A DNA stretch of 64,000 bases, taken from an uncultured Planctomycetota bacterium. GTDB taxonomy: Bacteria; Planctomycetota; Planctomycetia; Isosphaerales; Isosphaeraceae. Both the position numbers and the translations under genes were made by a program. Shown one piece after another: positions 1 to 11,648 of this stretch. The stretch spans positions 32,001 through 96,000 of the forward strand of contig CAWJTV010000032.1 in NCBI GenBank assembly GCA_963845755.1, read 5' to 3'. Numbering within the stretch: position 1 is the first letter of the stretch; each line of letters starts with the position of its first letter. A model generated the notes under the pieces. That model had not been told where the DNA came from, made no database searches, and was given only the letters and a program-made list of their open reading frames with translations.

Positions 1-487
1 ATGATTCCCGACTTGAGTCTTGCCATGTCACATTCTCCTCGACGAGATCGATCAAGATCCCGCCCCAGGTCCGCGAATCCCTGACTTGCCTGAGATTGGA
101 AGGGGATCTACGTTGCCCGAGAAGGATTCGGATCGGTCCAACTATTGACCGTTCGCGAACCCTGCTGTTGCCGTTTTGACCCATTTTATTGTGTCTCTCG
201 CGTATGATCCAGAACCTTGATGATCGGATCGAGCGATCATTTCGGAAGACGGCTTGTCGAGACGCCCTGCGTACGGATGCGATCCGATCTCTGAGGGCTG
301 CCCCCTGGCAAATCCGGCTATTCTGGATATGCTTGGGGTGATGCATCGTGGAGTCGATCGATCGGCATCCGCTGCTCAATGCGGTATCGAGCTACCGGGC
401 GCTTTGTGCTCGCCGCGATGGGATCCGTCCCGTCTCGGTGCCGAACGATATCGACCCCGAGAGTCCCTGAAACGATCGGTTTAACTC

Positions 488-2297
488 ATGGCCTCAGTCG
501 CAAGCACCTTCAGGACCGACTCCCCGTTCTTGCATGAATTGCTCGACCAGATCCATAAAGGGAGCGTTCAACTTCCCGACTTCCAGCGCGGCTGGGTCTG
601 GGACGATGACCGCATCCGGGCCCTGATCGCCAGTATCTCGCTCTCGTATCCCATCGGTGCCGTGATGCTGATGGAGACCGGCGGGAACGGTGTGCGGTTC
701 AAGCCGCGGCCCGTGGAAGGCGCGCCCAGGCTCGGCCGGCTGAGCCCCAGCGCCTGATCCTCGACGGTCAGCAGCGGCTAACCTCGCTCTATCTGGCCTT
801 GCTTAGCGGCAGGCCCGTGAAGACCCAGACGGCCAAGAAGGAGCCGGTTGAGCGCGTCTACTTCCTCGACATAGCCCAGTGCCTCGATCCCGACGCCGAC
901 CGGCTCGACGCCATCGTGTCACTCCCATCCAACCGGATGCGCAAGAGTGACTTCGATCGAAAGATCGACCTCGACGTCAGCACGGATGAGAAGGCGTACG
1001 AGATTGGTCTGTTTCCTCTCGACATCATTTTTGATTGGGAGAAATGTGCCGCTTGGCAAGAGGGTTACAGCGAGCATTTCGGCTACGACCCATCGAGATT
1101 GCGATCCTACAATAAGTTCGCGGCGACGGTCCTCAATCGGCTCCACAATTACCGCGTCCCCATCATCGAGCTCCTCCAGACCACACCCAAGGACGCTGTC
1201 TGTCAGGTCTTCGAGAATGTCAACACAGGCGGCGTCGCCCTGACGGTCTTCGAGCTGATGACCGCAACCTACGCGGCGGATGACTTCGAGCTGCGCAAGG
1301 ATTGGGAAACTCGGTCGGCTCGCATGCACAAGCACCGTCAGCTCAGGGAAGTTGATTCGGACGACTTCCTGATGGCCGTGACGCTACTGGCGACCTATCG
1401 TAGCAAGCAAGCCGACGGCAAGACGGCCGTCAGTTGCAAGCGGAAGGATGTCCTGAATCTCGGCCTCGATACGTACAGAGCTTGCGCCGACCAGATCGAG
1501 AGAGGGATGCTGCAATCGGCCAGGTTGCTGACTCGCGAGAAGGTCTTCGACAACAAGACGCTCCCCTACATCACCCAGATCGTTCCGCTGTCGGCAATCT
1601 GTGCCGTGCTCGGTTCCCGGTTCGAGGAGGATCCGATCAAGCGCCGGCTGAGCCGGTGGTACTGGTGCGGCGTCTTCGGCGAGCTGTACGGCGGTGCGAA
1701 CGAGAGCCGGTTTGCCAATGACATCCAGGATGTCCTGGCCTGGCTCGATGGGGGCGAGGAGCCACGAACGATCCGCGAATCGAACTTCGCTCCGTCCCGA
1801 CTTCTGACCCTCCAGACTCGATTGAGCGCAGCCTACAAGGGACTGATGGCCCTGCTCATGAAAGCCGGCAGCCAGGACTTCCTCAGTGGCGACCCGATCG
1901 AACTGACGAACTACTTCGATGCTGCCGTGGATATCCACCACATCTTCCCCGCGAAGCACTGCGAGGATCAGGACTATGATCGCCCGCGATGGAACAGCGT
2001 GATCAACAAGGCACCGCTCTCGGCCCGCACCAACCGGATCATCGGCGGCAAGGCTCCCAGCGAGTATCTTGGGAGCCTCGAGAAGAACCATAAAGTCAGC
2101 CCAGAGCGGCTGGACCAGATACTTCAGAGCCACCTGATCGAGCCTCACCTGATCCGAAAAAACGCCTTTGACGACTTCCTCCGCGCCGCGCCGGCCGATT
2201 ACTGGACCTTATCGAGAACGCCACCGGAAAGCCGATCCCCGGACGCGATTCCGACGAGGTCGTCAACATCTTCAGGGGAACTCTTGCCAGGGAATGA
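488..2297 (+). CDS. GmrSD-like type IV restriction endonuclease (DUF262 + DUF1524/HNH); two apparent frameshifts (~745, ~2190)
   Basis: N-terminal [21 protein letters not shown] in the next frame; [10 protein letters not shown]-terminal DIHHIFP and N-x-APLS. A frame-corrected tail reads [13 protein letters not shown]...LARE* with stop at 2295-2297. Confidence 0.85.
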
Positions 2298-2340
2298 GCG
2301 GGCGGGTCAAGGAGAGAGCAATAAGCCGGCTCGACAGCCG

Positions 2341-2469
2341 TCCGGCGCGATCAAGCCGGGCCTGCTGGCCGACCTCGCCGCCGTCGAGGGCGACCCGACC
2401 CGCGACATCAAGGCCCTCCGGCAAGTGAAGCTCGTTATGAAAGGGGGCACGCTGTATCGGGAGCCGTAA
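2341..2469 (+). pseudogene. Orphan 3' end of an amidohydrolase-family gene
   Basis: Translates [41 protein letters not shown], the typical amidohydrolase C-terminus. It has no start or body and follows the GmrSD stop. Confidence 0.8.
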
Positions 2470-2487
2470 CGGAGAAGAATACGCATT

Positions 2488-2730
2488 ATGAAGACCATCG
2501 ATTTCGCCCAAACCCAACCGGATGTCGCCCTCTTGCTCGATCAGGCACGCAACGACGATCTGATCCTCTGCCTGGCCGACGGAACGGAATTCTTGCTGGT
2601 GGCCATCGATGATTTTGATGAGATCACCCGGAACCGGAGCAATCCCAGACTGATGTTTCTCCTGGAGTCGCGGGCCAAGCAGACGGCGACTATCCCCTTG
2701 GATGAAGTCAAACGGCGGCTGGGCTTGTAA
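2488..2730 (+). CDS. Small antitoxin-like protein (Phd-like N-terminus, IPLDEVKRRLGL end)
   Basis: 80-aa ORF with GGAG RBS; pattern resembles type II antitoxins; no toxin adjacent. Confidence 0.5.
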   Translation: MKTIDFAQTQPDVALLLDQARNDDLILCLADGTEFLLVAIDDFDEITRNRSNPRLMFLLESRAKQTATIPLDEVKRRLGL

Positions 2731-2816
2731 GATCCTCCATTGATCCGCGCCGGCCCGCGCCGGAGAATACTCGATGGGAGTCTCCGTTCCGGCTCGCGAA
2801 TCCGCGGGGTGGTCCC

Positions 2817-3650
2817 ATGCTGTGCCAGATGTGCCTCGAAGCCGATGCGACGATCCACATGCTCGACCGACCGGCGGCCGACCGGTTTGTGGAGGCCGAC
2901 TACTGCCAGACCTGTTATCACCTCAAGTACGTCAACCCGCCGGCCAGTCGGCCCGTGCTCCCCCGGCCGCGGTTCACGATCAAGAAGCTGATGATCTTCG
3001 CCGCGGTCTTCGCCATTCCCAATACGGCCGTGGCCCTGCTCATGCGAAGCGGCCTGATCACGGGCACATCGGCCCAGATCCGCGACTGGACTCTCCAGGC
3101 TATTCTGGTCGCCAACTTCTTTTGTGGCGTCATCGCCGCTTTCATCCTCTCGCAAAATTGGCTGCAAAAGGCACAGTGGCATAAGATGACCGGCGGCCTG
3201 GTACCGATGACGCAGCCGAGAAAACTGTCCCTCAAAGAGTATCTCAAGTTGCCCCTCGTCGTCGCGTCGATCGTCTTCTGGTACCTTGCCGGCCTCTTCC
3301 TCATCGACTGGCTGACTCCCATCCTGTGGCCTGGGCGGCGGCCCGACCCTGCGTTGTCAACCTGGATTCTCTCGGCACCCTTGCTCGCGTGGGTCTGTCT
3401 GCGGCTGAAGTCGAATCGCCACGTAGTCCAGCGGGTTCGCGGTCTGTGGCGGGGCGCGTCCGGGCGCGAGCGGACTTTCCGGGCCCTAGCCCTCTCATGG
3501 TCCTTCGTGATCGTGATCGTCATGTTCAGTGAAAGCTGGATGCGCTGGTTCTCGAATCCCATCGTCTCCCTTTGCGCCCTTTCCTTGATCGCGCTGGGTG
3601 GCCAGGTGATCTTCTTCTCAGGCGCTGTCGCCGTGACCCGGCGTCGATAG
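2817..3650 (+). CDS. Membrane protein with N-terminal CxxC...CxxC zinc-binding motif
   Basis: CQMC and CQTC motifs followed by several hydrophobic helices. Confidence 0.65.
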   Translation: MLCQMCLEADATIHMLDRPAADRFVEADYCQTCYHLKYVNPPASRPVLPRPRFTIKKLMIFAAVFAIPNTAVALLMRSGLITGTSAQIRDWTLQAILVANFFCGVIAAFILSQNWLQKAQWHKMTGGLVPMTQPRKLSLKEYLKLPLVVASIVFWYLAGLFLIDWLTPILWPGRRPDPALSTWILSAPLLAWVCLRLKSNRHVVQRVRGLWRGASGRERTFRALALSWSFVIVIVMFSESWMRWFSNPIVSLCALSLIALGGQVIFFSGAVAVTRRR

Positions 3651-3743
3651 CCGGCGGTCCATTCTGGAAAAACTTGGAACGATCGCCCGCGTCTCTGCAC
3701 TCATAGAGGAAACAGCAGCGACGTGGCGTGGAGGGCCGGCGGC

Positions 3744-5943
3744 ATGGCAACCGGACATCGCGGTTCTGTTATGGATTCCTTGGGGCGGCTCTTCGACTCG
3801 GGGACCGTGACGGGCTTGAGCGAGGCTCAGCTCCTGGAGCGATTCCTGGTCCATCGCGACGAGTCGGCCTTCGAGGCGATCCTCCATCGTCACGGGCCGA
3901 TGGTCCTGGGCGTCTGCCGGCGCATCCTGGACGATCCGCACGACGTCGCCGATGCCTTTCAAACCACCTTCCTGATCCTGGTCAAGAAGGCCCGGTCGAT
4001 CCGCGATCGCGACGTCCTGGGGACCTGGCTTTATGGCGTGGCCCGACGGGTCGCGGTGCGTGCCAAGGTCAACGCCCGGTGTCGTCGAACCCGCGAACGG
4101 ACCGAGGCAGAGGGGCTGGACGTGCAACAACCGCGCGGGGATCGACTCGAGGCGACCGAACTGCGAGCCCTGATCGACGACGAGTTGGAGCGGCTGCCGT
4201 CGCGATACCGCCAACCCATCATCCTCTGCGACCTCGAGGGCCAGACGCACGAACAAGCTGCGGCGCTGATCGGCTGCCCGGTCGGGACGGTCAAGAGCCG
4301 GCTGTCGCGGGGCCGCGAGCAGCTCCGGTCGCGACTGGTCCGCCGCGGCGTTGCGCCCTCCGCGGCGCTGCTGGCCTCGACGCTCGCCGCCGACGCCGCA
4401 CAGGCCGTGCCCGTCGAATGGATCAACCAGACCCTCCAGGCCGCCGTGACGCTCGCGGCCGGCAATGCCGTTGCGGCCGGGACGTTCTCGGCCGGAGTCG
4501 TGACCCTTTGGAAAGGTGTCGTTCGTTCCATGTTCCTCGCCAAGCTGAACTACGCCGCGGCCGCCGTGATGGCGGTCGCCCTCGCAACGACCGGCGTCTG
4601 GGCGCTCGTCGGCCCGAGTCCGGCGCAACCGGTTCGGGATGAAACCGTCGCGGTTCCGGCCCAGGCTCGGGTGGCCCAGGCCCCGGCTCCATCATCGGCC
4701 GCCCCCTCTGCGCCCCAGGAGCGAAACGTCGAGCGGTTCCAGCTCGACAACGGCCTGAAGGTGATCCTCCGGCCGATCCAGTTTGCCCAATCGACGGCCC
4801 TGGTCGTCGTGTACGGAATCGGCGGCGATCACGATCCCGCCGACCGATCCTGGCAGGCTCATTTCGTCGAGCATCTCTACGTGACCGCCGCGGCCGGCGA
4901 CACCAAGGCGCGGACCGCTGAGGAATTCGCCGCGCCGATACCCCGACGGAATGAATGCGCAGACCGGCGGCCGGCACACGGTCATCGCGACCGTGTGCCC
5001 GAAGCAGGACCTCGATGCCGAACTACGGGACGCCGCGGCGCGCATGAACGACCTCCGGATCGAGCCCGCCGACGTCGCTCGCGAGCGGCCCCGACTCCAC
5101 CAAGAATACGATAGCATGTTCGTGCGAATCCCGGCGCTGGCGGCCATGAACCAGGCTCGCTGGCGACTCCGGCCGGTGCCGTTGAACCCCCTGGATCTTG
5201 ATAAAGTCACGATCGATGAGCTCCGGGCCCACTGGAATCGCTATTACAAGCCGCGGAATGCGACCCTCGCCCTGGCCGGAGCCCTCGATCCGGCCGCGGC
5301 CCGCGCGGCGATCACGGCGTACTTCGGGAGCCTTCCAGGCGGCGAAGCCGCCCCCACCCCGAATGAGCCGCGCTATCAGATCTTCAGCACCACGGGGCAG
5401 ACCATCGAGTCTCCGATCCCCGGCGCCTATCCCATGGCCTGCGTCGGCTACACCGCGCCCCAGCCGGGCAGCGATCTGTACGCCCCGCTGCTGGTCCTGG
5501 TCTCGCGGCTCCTGGCCGCTGCGTCGAAACTCGGCGAGGGCGGCCCGACCGGCTCACCCGTCTATTTCGCGCCGCTGGATGACGGCACCGTCGTGGCCGT
5601 ATCGGCGAAGGTCCAGTCCGGCGAGTCCAACGACCAGGCGATCGGCCGGCTCGAGGCGTTCGTGGCCGAGACGATCGCGCCCAAACTCCGCGATAGCGAG
5701 CGGGCCGCCGCGCGGCAGCAGTTCGCGCGGCTGCTTGGGCTCGGCGACCTGCCCGACATCTTCCTGGTAGGGAACCCCTACGGCGTGGCCTTGTCGCTGG
5801 CCCGCCGCGAGCAATGGAGCCTCGACGTCGCCAAGCTCAACCGCGCGCTCGACGCCTTGACCGAGCAGGATCTCCGCCGCGCCGCCGCCGAGATCTTCGC
5901 CACGACCCACCACTCCGGATTTGTGATCAGGTACCGCAAATGA
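3744..5943 (+). CDS. ECF sigma factor with TM helix and C-terminal M16 (insulinase-like) peptidase region; frameshift ~4935
   Basis: [32 protein letters not shown] (sigma2/sigma4); then [16 protein letters not shown] (HxxEH), [17 protein letters not shown] across ORFs 3723..5114 and 4951..5943. Confidence 0.8.
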
Positions 5944-6031
5944 GACAGAGGCCCGCGCCGCGGTAAGATCACCGAAGAGACGGCAGCCACTCGAGTCCGC
6001 AGCGTGGTGCCCGATGCCGAATGATCCACCA

Positions 6032-6418
6032 TCATGCCGAAATGCGGGCGCCAGCGGGATCCCAGGTCCGGCGCGTGGCCCGAGTCTGCGTGATCGTCGC
6101 CGTCCCCACCAGGGCCAGGCCGAGGATGAGGTGGGGCACCCACACGAGATACGCGAACCCCAGCAGCCAGGGCGAGCTCGCCAGGAACAGCCCCACGAGC
6201 CCGTCCAGAATCAGATTGGCCGGCATGCCGATCAGCGGGACTACCCCCACCTCGTATTCGGTCAACAGGCTGTACACGATCACCCCGCCCCCCATCAGCA
6301 CGGGAAGCCACGTCTGCGGCCCGGCCCCGCGGCCGAGGACGAACGGCATGATCACCAGCACCAGCCCGATCAGGTAGTCTACAAACCCGTGGATTCGCGT
6401 CGGCACGATGCCAAACAT
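6032..6418 (-). CDS. SPW-repeat membrane protein
   Basis: PTRIHGFVDY, MPFVLG, SLLTEYEVG, ASSPWLLGF. Confidence 0.75.
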   Translation of the reverse strand: MFGIVPTRIHGFVDYLIGLVLVIMPFVLGRGAGPQTWLPVLMGGGVIVYSLLTEYEVGVVPLIGMPANLILDGLVGLFLASSPWLLGFAYLVWVPHLILGLALVGTATITQTRATRRTWDPAGARISA

Positions 6419-6551
6419 GGGTATCCTCGCTCTCGGGAATTCTGATCGTCATGGCATCCAGTTTGTCGGTGTGAGGGGCGTTGGTCCAGAGCAGGTTGGC
6501 GGCATGGGCGTGGAATGCGAGCACTACCCAGTCCCGGCCGACTTCTCGGCG

Positions 6552-9504
6552 TCAACGTTTCGACTTGTGATGCGCGGGGAGAGGGTGACCCGCGGCCAGC
6601 TCCTTCAACTTCGACCGCCATGCGGCGGCCTTCTCGGGCTGGCCCCAAGACTCGTAGAGTTCGCAGACCTCTTCGCAGGCCCCGACGACGAGGTGCCCGG
6701 CGAGCAATTGCGGGATCTGGGCCTCGCGGGCCTTGAGTCCCTCGTACCCCTGGATCAGCCACGGCTCGGCATCGGCATATTTCTTCTGTCCGAACAGCGC
6801 AGTGCCGATCAGCGCGTGGGCATGGGACGTCTCCCAGTCCCCCGGCCGCGCCTTTTGTAAGATCGCCAGGCCCTCCCGTAAGATGGGTTCGGCGTCGGAA
6901 TAATGCTCGCCCACGATCAGATAGTCCCCCACTCTGACCATCTCCTTGCCGTACTCGGCGGATTTTGGCCGGGGCTTCTTCCGCTCCGCCGCTAGCCACT
7001 TCCGCCGCCAGAGCATCGACTCGTCGTGCTCCCCCAGTTCTTCCAGGCAGCGACATAAGTGACCGACAATTTGACCGGCCTGCTCGTGGGTGAACTCCAG
7101 CTTCTCGAGTCCTGCCACCGCCTGATGCCACAGGGCCAGTGCCGGTTTCACCTTCCCGGCGCCATGGTACGCCTGGGCGAGGTTGTCCAGCGTATGAATG
7201 GTGTGCGGGTGATAGGCACCGAGAAGCTTCACACGCGCGTCCCTCACCTGCTCGGCCAGGGCGATGGCCTCGTCCGTGCGGCCGAAGGCCCGGTACTTCC
7301 CGGCTAGATTGTCGAGGACGTTCAGGGTCAGCGGATGGTCCATCCCGAATTTCGGCACGACCGCGTCCCGGGCCTGCTCGAACAGGGCGACGGACCGCTT
7401 CATCTGGCCGACCGATTGGCAGGCGAACGCCAGAAGTCCCAGGGAACGGAGGGCGACGGGGTGGTCCGGTCCGAGCTTCTTCGCCCGGACATCCCGTACC
7501 TCCTCGAGTAGCTCGATGGCCTCGTTCCCCCTGCCGGCACCCACATACGCATCGGCCAGAGATTCGAGGGCGGCCAGGGTCAGGTCATGATCTCCGCCGA
7601 GCCTCGCGACCCGGACGTCACGGACTCGCTCCAGCAAGGCGATTGCCTCGTCCGGCCTCCGGCTCCTCGAGTACATCAAGGCCAGGTCCCTCTCGGTGTT
7701 GAGGGTGTCCGGGTGTTCGCCGCCGAGGTGCTTCGCCTGAGTGTCCCGGACTCGCTCCAGCAGGGCGATCGCCTCGTCCGGCCTCCCGGCGGAGTCGAAG
7801 GCCAGGGCCAGGCTATACAGACTGGCCAGCGTGAGTTGATGGTCGGCTCCGAGGTGGGCTTTGCGGGTCGCGGAGGCTTTCGCGAATAGCGACTCGGCCT
7901 GGGCGGCTCGACCCAGGCCCAGGTGGGTCCGGCCCAGCCGATCCTGCAACTTGGCCATGACCAGAGGGTCGCCGATCGCCTCGCCGTCCAGTTCGGCGGC
8001 CGCCCGGTCCAGGCGGTCACCCAGGATCGCCCGCAGGGGCCGACCCTCCTTTTCCTCCGCCTCGGGATCGAGTTCTTCGAAGATCGAGCCGAGGACGGCG
8101 ATCCCTTTCTCGATCTGGTCGAGGCAGCCGCTCGGCCATCTCCTTGGCCTGCCGCTCGTTCCGGGCGCGCGCCGCCTCCGACCGCCGCGCCGCCTCGGCC
8201 TGCACCAGCCCGACCGTCGTCCCGACGATGCCGCCGGCCAGCAGGAGAACGATGGTCGATGCCGCCAGGACCGGGCCCCGGTACCGCCGCAGGAACTTCC
8301 TGAGCCGATAAGCGGTCGAGGGGGGCGAGGCCTCCACCGGCTCGTCATGCAGATAACGCTGGATATCCCGGGCCAGGCCGCTCGGCGTCTCGTACCGCCG
8401 CGTCCGGTCTTTTTCCAGGGCCTTCATCACGATCCAGTCGAGCTCGCCGCGCACTATCTTGGCCAGCTTCGCCGGCTCGGTCCCCCGCCGTGCCGCGATC
8501 GACGCCGTCTCCTCCGTCGTCAACAACCGAGTGCTCGGCCTGGGCGGATCCTCCTCACGGATCCGGCGCAGCATCTCCGTGAACGCCGCGCCCCGCAGTC
8601 GCTGCCGTTCCAGGGGCGTGCTGCCGGTCAACAGCTCGTAGAGCAGGACGCCCAGCGAGTAGATGTCGCTCCGGGTGTCGATGTCCCGGCCGCTCATCTG
8701 CGCCTGCTCGGGGCTCATGTACTCCGGAGTGCCCACGATCGCGCCGAGCTGCGTGAAGAGCGTCCGCTCGGTCAGGCGCTGGTCGATCGCCTTGGCCACG
8801 CCGAAATCGATCACCTTGGGAAGCGGCCTGCCGTCGTGGAGGGTCACCAGGACATTCGACGGCTTGATATCCCGGTGGATGATCCCCTTCTGGTGCGCGT
8901 GCTGGATCGCCTGGCAGACCGACATGAAGAGCTCCAGCCGCTCCTTCGCGGTCAGCCGGCCCTGGTCGCAATAATCGGTGATCGGCACGCCGCTGACCAG
9001 CTCCATGACGAAGAACGGCCGGCCGCTGTCGGTCGTGCCGGCGTCGAGGACCTTGGCGATATGGTTGTGGTCCATCAGGGCCAGGGCCTGGCGCTCGGCC
9101 TCGAACCGGGCGACGACCAGGGCCGTGTCCATCCCCGGCTTGATGACCTTCAAGGCTACTTTGCGCCGGACGGGCGTCTCCTGCTCGGCCAGGAAGACGA
9201 CGCCCATGCCCCCTTCGCCGATCGACTGGAGGAGTTTGTAGGGCCCGATACGAGTGCCAGGCCCCTCGGTGATCGGCCGGGGCGTGGGCTGGCCGACGGC
9301 GAGCGCGACATCGTGGTGAGTGCTGGGTCCCGGGCCATGGACGGGCGGATCGAGCAGGTCGCCCGACTGCTCGTGGGCTCTCAGCAGGGCCTCGACGCGG
9401 CGGCGGAGCTCGGGGTCGCCGGTACAGGCCGCCTCCAGATAGGCGGCGCGCTCGCTCGACGTGGACTTCTCCAACGCGGCGTCGAAGATCGATTCCTCAC
9501 TCAC
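6552..9504 (-). CDS. Ser/Thr protein kinase with C-terminal TPR repeats; frameshift ~8130
   Basis: [36 protein letters not shown]; repeated LG-x-DHP-x-TL TPR units in ORF 6552..8348. Confidence 0.9.
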
Positions 9505-9733
9505 GGCCGGCCTCCACTCGAGAGATCGACATCGATCACAGCCCCAATGTACCGTTTGTTACCGCGAGTTTCAGCGATATTTCGAAATCGCGGGCGCTCG
9601 CGACCGGTCATCATGGGAAGTCGGGGCCGCGCCGGGATTCTCCTGGGAGGTCGAGGCTCCGTCCAGACCCCTTTCCGGGTCCGGCTCGCACGGAGCCTCG
9701 CGCGTCCCCAAACCCTCGACGCTCGACGCCCGC

Positions 9734-11469
9734 TCATCGCGAAATCGCGTTGCCCTTCGGCGCGATGACGAATACCCCGTTATCGCCCAGCACCCCCTGG
9801 TTGCCACCATCCAGGAACTCGCCCGTGGCATCGGTGATCCCGCCCGGCGGCACGCCGACGACCACCAGTTGGCCGCCCTTGGTGAACTTCGGCTTGCCGG
9901 CCAGCGTCAACGTCACGCTGTGGGTCGTGGCGTTGTACGCCGCCCGGAAGGTCACCGGCTGGGTAACGAGTTGCCGGCCGCGGCGCTGGAATTGCCTCAG
10001 GGTGTAGTTGGCGATGCTCGTCGCCCGGGTCGGGTCCATCGCCGTGCTGAAGTCGAGCTCGAAGGCGACGACGTGCCTGCGCCGTCCCTTGCCGGCGAAG
10101 AGGGCGGTCTCGGTGACGATGGTCGGCGGGACGACGACGGTCAGCGGGATGGTGAGCGTCGTGGTCAGCGGGTCGGTGTAGGCCATGAGCCGGTAGCCGG
10201 TGCCGACCTGGTTGAGGGTCAGCCCGGTGAAGGTGGCCACACCGTTCTGGGCCGTCGCCGTGAGCGTGCCGCCCAGGGTCGCCCCGGTGGACCTGGACGT
10301 CGCCAGGGCGAGGGTGACGGTGCCGTGATACGTGGTGTCCACCAGGCCGGTGAGGTAATCGAGCGACACCGTCAGGCCGAACGGGGCATTGGTGGCGACG
10401 AGGGCCGGCGGTTCGCGCCGTCACGAAGAGGGTGCGCATCGGCGCCGAGGACACCGAGTTGCGAGGCCATCTCCTCGGTGAACCAGAGGTTGCCATCCGC
10501 GCCCGCCGCAATCCCGAGGAGACCCGGGGCGGACGTGGGGGTCGTCGTCTCGGTGATGCCGCGAGTGACGGGGTTGATCGAGCCGACCTGAGGTTCCCCT
10601 GCCTCGACAAACCAGAGGTTGCCATCCGGGCCCGCCGTGATCCCTCGGGGCGCGGGGCTGGTGCTGGGGATCGCGGTCTCGGTGATGACGTGCGTGGTCG
10701 GGTTGATCGACCCGATCTTGTTGCCGTTCTGCTCGGTGAACCAGAGGTCGCCATCCGGGCCGGATGTGATCCCATACGGGCCGGAACCGGCGGTGGGGAT
10801 GGCGAACTCGGCGATCGTGTGGGTGGTCGGGTTGATCATCCCGACCTGGTTCGTGCCGTACTCGACGAACCAGACATTGCCGTCGGATCCCGCCGCGATC
10901 CCGATCGGCTCGGAACCGGCCGTGGGGATGGCGAACTCGCTGATCGCGCGGGTGGTCGGGTTGATCATTCCGACTTTGCCGACGGCGAACTCGGTGAACC
11001 AGAGGTTGCCGTCAGGGCCCATCGTGATGTTGTCGGGTTCGGCGCCGGCGGTCGGCACACTCGTCTCGACGAAGGCGTGAGTGGTCGGGTTGATCGACCC
11101 GATCTTGTTGCCCGCCTCCTCGGTGAACCAGAGGTTGCCGTCGGGACCGGCCGCGATCCCGACCGGCTCGGAACTGGTCGTGGGGGGGGTGAAGTCGGCA
11201 GTGGCATGGGTGGTCGGGTTGATCATCCCGATCTTGCCGGCGGTAAACTCGGTGAACCAGAGGTTGCCGTCGGAGCCCGCCGCGATGAAGTTGGGACCGG
11301 CGGTGGCCGTTGGGGTGGGGAACTCGGCGATGGTCGAGAGCAACTGGCGCGACTCCAGCGGCTCCACGATCGGTCGCCGGCGACGGCGAAGCCCCACCGC
11401 CGGCTCACCACGGTGGCCCCACGACCAGAACGCCGGTCTCGACCGTTCTCTCCGATGCGGATTCATCAT
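9734..11469 (-). CDS. Planctomycete exoprotein with Vgb-like beta-propeller repeats and C-terminal Ig-like region; frameshift ~10400
   Basis: EPLESRQLLS motif; seven I-x-x-G-x-DG-x-(L/V)WF repeats; C-terminal beta-rich ORF 9734..10369. Confidence 0.8.
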
Positions 11470-11648
11470 GTCCTCCCGGTAATTCGATGAAGGAAAGCCG
11501 TTGCATACCCCGGCCGCGATAATGGCCACCGAGGATTACCGTACGGACTGCGCCCACGCAAGCGTCGGTGCCTCGGACCCCCCTGGCCGTTGATTGAGGG
11601 GCCAGGAGGATCGAGGAACCGGCTAAGGGGCGGGCGAGAGATTGACCG

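Noticed and set aside
1..26. Possible minus-strand gene start (GGAG...ATG GCA AGA CTC) running off the left edge
   Set aside because: Only 8 codons are visible, too few to support a call.
2190..2469. GmrSD-amidohydrolase fusion suggested by ORF 799..2469
   Set aside because: This is an artefact of a frameshift near 2190; the natural GmrSD end is in another frame, stopping at 2297.
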